Positions 11,689 through 21,654 of a DNA stretch of 64,000 nt are shown here, one piece after another. The notes beneath the pieces are model-generated. The model was not told where the DNA came from, searched no databases, and saw only the letters and a list, made by a program, of their open reading frames with translations. The DNA comes from Cirrosporium novae-zelandiae. Taxonomy: Eukaryota. The translations under genes were made by a program, and so were the position numbers. Position 1 is the first letter of the stretch, and the number at the start of each line of letters is the position of its first letter. The stretch is taken from NCBI GenBank assembly GCA_026023565.1, contig JAPETS010000057.1, forward strand, positions 62,001 through 126,000, given 5' to 3'.

Positions 11689-12566
11689 ATGGCTGTGCTA
11701 GAGTCACACAATGGTTATTACCTTTGGCAATACATACCGTCTAAGGCGGCCGGAGGCATTTTTGCCACGCTCTTTCTTCTTGCAATCATCGCCCATTCCT
11801 GGCGACTACTTAAAACCCGCACTTGGTCCTGTATTGCCTTTCTCATCGGTGGCATATGTATGTCAAAGGGTAGCTCCATTCGACAGGTTCAAATGCTAAC
11901 CAGAAAATAGTCGAATTCATTGGATACGTCGCTAGATGCTCTGCCCACGACAAAACAGGAGAGTTGATGCCTTATATTATCCAATCCGTCCTCCTCCTCG
12001 TGGCCCCGGCACTATTCGCCGCCTCAATCTATATGACCCTCGGCCGTGTCATTCGCTGTGTCAAAGGCGAAGAATATTCCCTCGTCCGTGTCAACTGGCT
12101 GACCAAGATATTCGTCCTTGGCGATGTGCTCTCATTCATGGTGCAGGCTGGTGCAGCAGGCATGATGGTCTCAGGTAACAACGCATCAATGGGCGAAAAC
12201 ATTATCGTTGCAGGTTTATTTATCCAAATCATCATGTTCGGTCTCTTCATGGCCACAGCACTGGTATTCCAAATTCGAATATGTCGGCATCCAACAACAG
12301 AAAGCTACACTGTCGAAGCGCCATGGAAGGAAACTATGCAAATGCTCTACGGAGTCAGTGTCCTTATAATGGTCCGGTCTATTTTCCGCGTCGTGGAGTA
12401 TCGCCAAGGCCAAGATGGGTACCCATTGACCCATGAATGGACATTGTACATTTTCGACGCATTATTAATGTTCATCGTAATGGTCATATTTTACTTCTGG
12501 TATCCAAGCAGGATAATACCCGCGCCGCTAGACCCCGACGCCTTGCAGATGAATACACGGTGTTGA
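11689..12566 (+). CDS. RTA1-like (lipid-translocating exporter family) multi-pass membrane protein; 2 exons
   Basis: YYLWQYIPSKAAG start, intron about 11858-11910, IIQSVLLLVAPALFAASIYMTLGR, TKIFVLGDVLSF, LIMVRSIFRVVEY, HEWTLYIFDALLM. Confidence 0.93.
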
Positions 12567-13218
12567 ACGGTGTGAATTAAGGTCGACTATTCCGCCGATG
12601 TTGCTATATTCTGATCTCGATTGATGAAACTTGGCTACAGCCCTCCTCGTCTAGCCACCGTCGAAGAACAGCAGTCTCACGTCTGCATGGAATTTGTGGA
12701 CTGACCCGGGGATATCTCCACCTCAGCAGTCATTTTATTCCTGCCGCCTTTATTTGCTGGATAGTGATAAGAGACTTAATGTCATGGAAGGCCGCTAAAA
12801 AATGCTTCAAGTAGATTTGATGCTTTGTATTATAGGGGCCGAACCCTCTAGAGCAATGGTCGCATTGGTGTTGTTTTGCCCGGCTTTTTCCCTTTGCTTT
12901 CTTTCTTCCTCTTTCTTATTCTGCTTTTGGTTCATGGGGGGACAACTGCATTAAATCAAGCATCATAGAGAGGGACACATCGTCATGTTAGGCATTTGTC
13001 ATTTTATAGAGCGATAATAAATAGTAGTCAGAATTGGGCCTGTATGAGGTCTACAAAGCTGCCTGACGAGATAGCTCACCGCCTGCGGCTATCATATCTA
13101 GATAATGTGCTCTCTTGAGCGAGGTTTTGCAAAGAGGATCTTAGTGAAGAGGGAAAATGAAACAAGCGCCCTGAAATCGCTAGTAGGACTTATAAAGAGT
13201 TAATTATAGTAGCTAGAC

Positions 13219-14481
13219 TTAATGTACACTAGAAACAGAAGCTTTTAGCCAAACCAACCAATCTTCCCAGGGTTGCCCGAGATACACCTCAATTGAACTC
13301 AGTAAAAGTTGGCCAGCTGTCCCGATCGCCCAGTACTCCCGGTAATTATCTAGGAGAATAGCATAGTGCGCAAGGATAATTAGTGCTACAGGTTCCCGTT
13401 GAGCAAGAAGCTCCGTGTATTCAGCGGAAACCGTTATAGGCCATGCAATCACCCTACGAGGATTCCGAAACGTAAACATAGAATTGCCGACAAGTTCCAA
13501 TTTATGCACCCAAATTAATTGGTCTATGGCCCCCTCACATGCCTTGACAAGACATGGGCTAAGATTAGCTTCTCGAACCAGACCGCGGAGCTTCTCGAAC
13601 CTTTCGGACGTACTATCCCCCACGTACCCGGGAGGATCATCTATATCAAGTAGAGGCTTGAGTTCAGAATCCTGAAGGACTGACCACCAGTTACCGAGGA
13701 CTGCACGAACGCCTCGCAGGAGATTGATCGAGTGCACGAGCTGATCCAGGAAGCAGTCCAGATCGGTATGTGACGAAAAAAATGTGTCGAAGAAGAATTG
13801 GAAGCCTACCAAGCCAGAGAAGAGAAAGGCAGGGGAAATAGTCTTCGCGTTCATCTGCTTGTCAATTTTCTGGAAATCTGCAAGCGCCTGGCCCAGCAAT
13901 TCGGCCGATTGCTGTCGGAAAAAGGATCTCCTTTCTGGTCGGCAGATACTAAGGTGCAATGCGGCAATAGCGAGGACCTCATACATGAGAAACGGAGCTG
14001 AAAGTGCATATTTGATGATGATGTAACCCACGTTCATTTCATCCTCGTTGGCCACAAAAGTCTTGTACGTCTCGGAGGTGAAGTGATGCAGAAGTTCCAG
14101 ATGAGTCATGTTTAAAGATGAATGACTTGATTCTGATTGCTGATACTGTGGAGAATCCACGAGAGTATTGCTGTCCATCCTTGGCACTGCCTGCCCGGGT
14201 GGAGGGGTGACTGTATTAGGGTCGACAGAACTCGCAGGACTGTTGCTTATGTCATTGATATATGAACAACGTAGACCGGCTGTTGTGCAATGGACACATG
14301 CAGGATGAAATTCATCGCACTAGAAACCTAGATTAATCATAGGGACCCTTGATCAAGTTTCGTTGTTTACAAACAGGGTAAATCACAACATAAATAAATA
14401 GGAGATGCTCTATACCTTTATATGACGCTGCTTGCACTGTAGACATCCATGCCTAGATTTTTTATGACTCCTCCGTGCCAT
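13219..14481 (-). CDS. Zn(II)2Cys6 transcription factor, Upc2/Ecm22-like; 2 exons
   Basis: MARRSHKKSRHGCLQCKQRHIK|CDEFHPACVHC...C binuclear cluster split by an intron at about 14320-14415; C-terminal domain with HLELLHHF, PFLMYEVLAIAALHLS and ALIILAHYAILL. Confidence 0.9.
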
Positions 14482-15009
14482 TTGATGTGTTCAAGAAAGT
14501 ATAAGATTGGTAGAAGCAGGATTGTGCTACCTAGTGATTGTACATGATGTAGAAATTAGGATGGGGAGGTTCTTGTTTACAGGTTGCAGCCGTATAAAAA
14601 AGATGATTGGATGCGTACATGCTATGAAACAAGCGAAAAATGGGGATTGTGATTGACAGCAAGCTGAACCTAGATAATACAATGATACCAGCTAAAATCC
14701 TAGTATTATAATTAATAATATATGTAGACACCTACAAATGTTGGAAGGTTATCGCTAAAATTTTATTGAGTTGCCTAATGCCCGCGGACCCTAACCAACC
14801 ACATAGCCGGGGCCCCTGCCCTACGGACCCGGATAGCGGGTATAACCCGCCTATGAATCTACCACCTGTAGACTCTATTTATTATTCATGAAACATATAT
14901 CATTCTGGAGGCCTTCCTATATGCTGCATTTCTTTTATCCTTTTTCCATATACTCGACCATTGTCTCAGCCTTAGTTCGATTGTCTAATCTTACCAATTC
15001 AGCTCCAGC

Positions 15010-16842
15010 ATGAGCAACAACGCCATCGAGGCATTGTATATCTTTGACGAGCATAAGTCAGACTACCTTTGATTCTCCAAATTCCAAATTCCAAATTCCC
15101 CAAATAGATCAAGGCATACTAACGTCTCCTAGTAATCCTATTCTTCAGCATACCTATAGATCTCGACCACCTAGTGCAAAAACTATTCTCCCCCTCTACC
15201 TCGCCCACCCCTCTCCCCGCCCCTCGTTAATCTATCTCCCCAATGCTTCCCCGCCGACCACCCTCTTCTCCATCGTCCACTCGAACCTCCTTTTCCTTTC
15301 TCCAACAACAACAGACACCGAACCTCTTTTCGTTCTTGAATTTTTACACCGTGTTACCGATGTGCTGGAGGAATTTCTTGGTGCCCCGCTCTTGTCGGAT
15401 AAGATAGAGAGTTCCTATGATGTGGTCGCACAGTTATTGGAGGAGATGTGTGATGGCGGGGAGGTATGCAGCACGGAGCCAGATGCATTGAGAGATCACG
15501 TTGAAGTGCCTGGGTGGGTAGGCAAGCTGTTGGGGGGCGTTGGGCTTCCTAGGTTGGTTACCACTTCAATAGCTACCGATCTAGTACATAGGAACTCTAA
15601 TGTATTCTATCTAGCTCATCGCCCTCCCTCAACAGCCGCAACTCTCTCAAACAGTCTACTCTAGCTTTAACTCCCCAGCCTCCACTCCCTACCATACCCT
15701 GGCGCCGCGCAGCTGTCAGGCACACCAGCAATGAACTCTACGTTGACATTGTAGAAACGCTCTCTGTGATTCTTGCGCCCTCTGGAAGACCTCTTTCGGC
15801 TATTGCAGCGGGATCCATCGCTTTCACATCCAAAATATCTGGTGTGCCAGACCTACTACTAACATTAACAGCTCCCGGAGGCCGATTAGCTATAGGAAGG
15901 GCACTTGACCTTCCAGTATTTCATCCATGTGTTCGTTTAGCAAGATGGCGGGAACGGCCTGGAGACCTAAGTTTTGTACCGCCAGACGGCCGCTTCGTTC
16001 TCGCTGGCTACGAGGTTGATTTGATATCTTCTTCATCAGAATCGACAACCGCCTCAACACCCACAAATCTCCATCTCCCGGCGACACTAACCCTCTCAAC
16101 CTCTCTTGGGGCGGCGGGCACTGAATTTGAAGCCCGATTATCACTTTTATCTTCATTTCCAGCATTTCATCCCATTGTAACGCGAACCTCATCATCTCCT
16201 TTCCCCCTGAGCACCGGTGGCTCGTCGAGCACAAATTCAGGAACCACAAATGCTCCATCCATATCACCAATCACGATATCGATACCGCTTCCCCCAAGCG
16301 TTAGGGCCGTAAACGCACTAAGAGCGAGCAGGGGAGAAGCCCATTGGACACCGGGGGATACAGCCATTGAATGGAAAGTCGAGACGCGGGACGTTCTCGG
16401 ACTCGGAGGAAAAGGCGGCACAACAACCCTCAGAGGCACAGTCGCGGGGCCCGTTCCCGAGTCCTCAGACCTAGGCGGGGTCGGAGACGAAACCAGCGAA
16501 ACCAAAACGAATCTAATCGCCCTCAACGGCTTCTCCAATCAACAGGGTGAAGAAATCCCCTACCAATCATCCTTTTGCACACCGCTCCCATCTCGCACAT
16601 CCACCTCCACGCAACCAGAATCCGAATCCAGAGACCCGAAACTCGTATTCCTTAATCGGACGCTGATGCCCACGTCTGCGAGCATGAGCTACGATGTGAA
16701 GGGATGGTTGGCTAGTGGCCTGAGAGTTGAGAGTCTGGTTGTAGACCCGAGACGGAGTCGGGGGCTGGGGGAAGGTGTTAAACCTTACAAAGGCGTTAAG
16801 TATCTGACTGTTAGTAGGGGGGGTGTAGAAGTGAGGGGATAG
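15010..16842 (+). CDS. APM3: AP-3 adaptor complex mu subunit
   Basis: MSNNAIEALYIFDEH, EPLFVLEFLHRVTDVLEEFLG, YDVVAQLLEEMCDGG, IPWRR...HTSNELYVDIVE, FHPCVRL, LSFVPPDGRF, KPYKGVKY; two introns. Confidence 0.9.
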
Positions 16843-18649
16843 ATACCTAGGTAGGTCGAGATAGATAGACACGAAGGAAGATTTATATAAAAGCTGGTTG
16901 GTTTTTTTTTAACGAAGTGAAATGAAAGAAAAGAAAAGAAAGAAAAAAGGAGTCTAGAAAGGTCCCTCCCTCCATCCCTAAATCTCAGAACAGGCATGAT
17001 GAATAAAAAATGAACAAAGAATGTTTTTTTTTAAAAAAAAAATACCAAAGACCCATTCTTTCCCTCCCTCGCAAAAGCCCGGCTATGAATCTACTACTGC
17101 TACTACTATCCAAAACCGGAACCTCCCTCCCCCAACCGAAGCAAGAAAAACAGAACTAGAAGAGGAATACGTGAGTAGTCTAAGGAAATGATATCTCATT
17201 TTCTGATGCGCGTGTGTATATGGGTATATGGGGTGGGGTTGAACTATCTGATCATCGACTGCCAGAGTCTCTCTCCTTTTTTTTTTATTTTTAGGGGGGG
17301 GGGATGTTGAAACCGGTTATCGATAATGATCGGTAAGTGTATAGTCTATGTGTGTAAGTAAGTAAGTAAGTGAGGGGATGATGTCGAACTAAAACGGAAG
17401 ATAATCTCTCGTTAATTATATAAATGGCTTATAGGTAGAGTTGGAAATCGAAAGGGAAAGGGAAAGGGAAGGAAAAAAAAAACAATGAAAAGGTTGGGAT
17501 GGGATGAATGAACGCTGAATGGAATTGATAAGGGTATTAAGCAGTATCGTAGTAGTTAGTATAAGTGTGTTTGCTTGCTAGCTCTAGCTGAACGTAAATA
17601 AATAATTTAAATTAATGTTTTTTTTTTTTTTAGAATATACCTAGGTAGTTAATAATTCTGTGAAGCTGTTATGGGTGATGGTATTGTGTATTTATCTTCG
17701 AAATAGGTTGAGTTGGGGGTATTTTTTGTTTTCGCTCAGGCAAGCTTTTAAATATTTGAATTTTGAATAGGGGGATGGATAGAGAGTGAGAGAGTGAGAG
17801 AGAGAGAGAGAGGTCTAGGGAATTCATACGATGGAAATTGGATTTGGTATCAAGTATGTTTTAATAAGGGTGGAGGAGGAGGGGGGGAGGGTGATTCTTT
17901 TCATTTGTAATAATAAAAAATGGAAGCAGATGTAGATGAGAAGAACACTAGTGGGCTTTTATCACATCTATCTAGCCTTGCAATATATTTACAATTTCCC
18001 TTGAGACTGAGAGCATGTTAGAAAGGTAAGCCAACACTCTTACCTAACTAAGCTAAAAAGGACGTGGGATAGCTATCTGCTACTTGAGCGGATACCCAGT
18101 GTTAGGATATATAACCCAGCTGCGCCGTAACGGAGCAACATGAATTTGCATGATAAGGGGTTTTCAACGGTGTGCTTTTAAACCATCAAGCATGATTTTT
18201 GCCATAATTAGGGGATGGGCAATTGAAGAAGGCTGGGATCAAGGCAACAGGTCTGAGGGACAAGTGGTGGGAGCTAATATTATTGATCAGTACCACCTAG
18301 AACAAGAGACTGGAACTAATATACATCAATTCTAGCCATTTGGCTGTTTCGAAAGCAGTGAGTGGACTGGCATAATTATTCCAAAATATTACCAAAACAG
18401 AATCGGGAATCAATTCATGGCAAATGACGCTCATGAGAAGTCATAGACACCGAGGCAAAAAAAGGACTTTGTTCTAATTTTATTCCAGTCGATCGTTATT
18501 CGGGATCGGCCAGGTAGGCGTAGGAAGACCGTGATGATGATTCATTTTATTGTCCGCATGTCGCTTTTAGGTTATGGTAGACTCGTAAGAGGACTATAAT
18601 AGCCCACCACAAGGCATCTCGATCTTGAGCCATTTGATCAGGCATTTTT

Positions 18650-20051
18650 TTACTTGGTGAAGAAATTTGTGATCTTTTGCGATCCGTCTTTCGTCTTCCT
18701 TTTGGTGAGACTTGTTTTCTCTGCTGTGCCATTACTGGTTGCACTTCTGGTTTTATGGCCTGGTTTTGCTGGCACGGTACGACTGGTGGATTTGCTAGGG
18801 GATGTTTTGCTGGCTTTAGAAGGAGGGGGGTTTATATCTTCTTCTTCTTCATCTTTTGATTTAATTAGATGTGATCGTTTCGATCCGGTCTTTGGGGATT
18901 GGTAAAAAGGAGACTTAGTTGGAGAAGATAGTAGAGCATTATTTCTTGTTTTTTCATTAGTTGTCTTTTCATTCTCGCCTCTGTTATATTCAAGCAAGTC
19001 CTTTTGGTCACTATTTTCCTCTTCCTTCTTGATGTCGACCTTCTTTGCTCGACTTTTAGTGTCTTTTTTGGCGCCAGAAAAGAAATTTGCGATATTATTC
19101 TTGTTCTCGGAACTGTTGATGGGGATGATGAAGGTTGGAGAGTCATTTCCGACTTTATTCACGTCCTTGCTAACAGGATAAACCTCTAGCTTCCCATCAT
19201 ATGGCTTTAACAGTGACTGCAATTCTGTAGACCAAGCACTGCGTTTCGGGTCTAACCATGTGCGTACAGCATCCGATCCATTATCTAAAACCACAGGCAT
19301 GCGATCATGCAAGAATTTCATTTGAGAATTTGAGCTTGTAGTGATGATTGTGTAGGTAAAGGTTTTATCCTCTGAGCCTTCGTATTGTACGCAGTCCCAC
19401 AACCCGGCCAAGCATAGCAGTTTGCCATCGGCGCGTTTAATATAGTGCGGGATTCGTTCGCGACCGTTATTCTTCTTGAGCCATTCGTAGAAACCATCGC
19501 AAATAATGAGACAGCGCTTCTTGCCCTTAATAGCATTCCACATCCCACGGTTCTCAGCCAACGAGTCATCGCGACAATTGATGGTTTTCATAAGGGAACC
19601 GTAATCGGGGTTGCGTTTTGTCCAGAAAGGAATTAATCCTGGTATAGAGGTTCAGCGAGTATGAACATAATACGAACAGGCTATATTCGTACCCCATTTC
19701 ATTGTCTGGAGCTTATATTTGATTGCTTTCGATGTCTCATCCTCCTGGACACCTGTTTTGCCATCTCTTTGCTCAACATTCTCTTCGGGATTCTCTGAAG
19801 AGTGCCCCGAACTTCCTGATCCATAATATGGAACGTCTGCTCTATAAACAAGCCCTAAATTTCCAGGCGCGAAGTTGTAGGTCTGTCGGACATCATCGTC
19901 ATCAGGGGCTTCATTGACTGGCATTTCATCGTCCTCAAGCTGCTGTCGGGCTTGGGAAGCTCTCTGGGAAATATTAGCATTGGGTTTGAAGTAAGGAAAG
20001 GATATAATGAAACGAATTCCATACAATCCAGAAAGCGTAGCGACCACACAT
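18650..20051 (-). CDS. SRAP domain (DUF159) abasic-site-processing protein, HMCES/YedK homolog; 3 exons
   Basis: N-terminal MCGRY with catalytic Cys2 on a 27-nt first exon; YNFAPG, MKWGLIPFW, TINCRDD, GFYEW, FLHDRMPV. Confidence 0.92.
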
Positions 20052-20286
20052 TTTAATTAATATCGAATGGGTAGAAGATTGATCAAGTTGAGGGCTTAAC
20101 CAGACAAGAAGTTGAACATCTAGGCGCGGCGCATTTAGAGCTTTCCCCAACGTCATCGGTCAACTGAAGCTGTTCCGCGGCAGCATCCTAGGACATTCTC
20201 AGCTTCAATTATTTCCTACTTGTGCACGCATTTCATAATTCAGTTTTCAGGATCATGCTAATTCTGTACGGTATACTCCCCTCAAA

Positions 20287-21654
20287 ATGAATATTCTTTC
20301 CACCATGCGCCCACAATTCAGGCCATTGGCCGCAAAACATTTTTTGAAGTTTGCGCTGCCTTTATCCGAACCATCCAGCAGATGTATTTCTCCTCATCTA
20401 CCAATATCAAAATCACCAAGAGCATATAGCACCTCAAGGTTCTCATCGCGGCGACCCATATACCGCACCGTTTGTCCATTCTCATCGCCTTTGTCTTCAA
20501 GCCGGTCAAGGCCCATCAGCACATTAGATGCCGCCCGCAAACTCTACAAAGCCTCTCCCATCACCTTCCCCCTCGCTATCTTTTCTATACTTGTTGGGTT
20601 TTCCTTGCTGGGCTATAGCATTTACACGGCCTATAACTATGAAAAGCTCTACCAACCATACCCCGAGCCCGTGGCAACAAAGCTCCGCCGTGCCATCTAC
20701 TACACATATGATGCATCCCTCTCCCCCGTTGATGCCGTTAAGAATTACCGCGAAGCACTTCTGATAGCCGATGACCTGGGAATGGACCCATTCTCTGACG
20801 ATATTCTGGGCATCAAGCTTCAGATTGCATATTTAATGGAAAAGATTGGCCAATACCACAAAGCCATCACGGTGCTAGAAGTCGTACGAAACGACATCCA
20901 GCGCTACCTCTCCATCAAACGAGAAGAACCCCTCGACCAACCAACCCGCACCCGCCTACTCGCCAAAACCGTAAGCATTCTCGTGAAACTCGGAGAACTC
21001 TACTCCCACTCCTACGTCAACAATCTCGACTCAGCAGAAGAGCGTCTCGCCAACGCCGTCGAGGTCCTCCTAAAAGAACAAAAACGCCGACAGGATGCGG
21101 GCATCCAATCCTCTGACGAAGAAAGCGAAGGAAAATGGCTCTCCAACTCAGAAATCGGCGCCACCCTCGAACGCCTCGGCCTCTTCTACGAGGAAAACAA
21201 CCAACACTACCTCGCAGCCCCCTTATTCCTCCAAGCCCTAACCCTCGCCCCCCACAAATCTTGCCACGCCGTCGTCCTCATGAACAACCTCTCCGTCTCC
21301 CTCGCCCAGCAACAACCCCCCCCTTCCTCCTCCGCCGCCACCACCACCCCTGGAACCCCACCAGCCTCCCGCGCCCAACTCGTTAGTTCCGGCCGTGCCT
21401 GGGCGCGCAAAGCAATCACCCTAGCAAACGAACTCCAGCAAGAAGAAAGAGACGAGGAGTGCGACACGGGCTGCGCGGTGGCAACACACAATCTGGGAGA
21501 GCTTGCGGAGATGGATGGGAATGTTGGTGAGGCGAGGACGAGGTATGCGGAGGCGATGAGGATGGCTGGGGCAGTGGGGTTTGAAGATGGGGTTATGAGG
21601 GCGAGGGAGGCGTTGGAGAGATTGGATGGTGGTGGGAAAGGGGAGGGAGAGTGA
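20287..21654 (+). CDS. Mitochondrial TPR-like inner-membrane protein, Mgr3-like
   Basis: Intronless 455-aa ORF; Arg/Ser-rich presequence-like N-terminus, one transmembrane segment, YPEPVATKLRRAIYY, helical repeats, CHAVVLMNNL and ECDTGCAVATHNLG. Confidence 0.7.
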   Translation: MNILSTMRPQFRPLAAKHFLKFALPLSEPSSRCISPHLPISKSPRAYSTSRFSSRRPIYRTVCPFSSPLSSSRSRPISTLDAARKLYKASPITFPLAIFSILVGFSLLGYSIYTAYNYEKLYQPYPEPVATKLRRAIYYTYDASLSPVDAVKNYREALLIADDLGMDPFSDDILGIKLQIAYLMEKIGQYHKAITVLEVVRNDIQRYLSIKREEPLDQPTRTRLLAKTVSILVKLGELYSHSYVNNLDSAEERLANAVEVLLKEQKRRQDAGIQSSDEESEGKWLSNSEIGATLERLGLFYEENNQHYLAAPLFLQALTLAPHKSCHAVVLMNNLSVSLAQQQPPPSSSAATTTPGTPPASRAQLVSSGRAWARKAITLANELQQEERDEECDTGCAVATHNLGELAEMDGNVGEARTRYAEAMRMAGAVGFEDGVMRAREALERLDGGGKGEGE

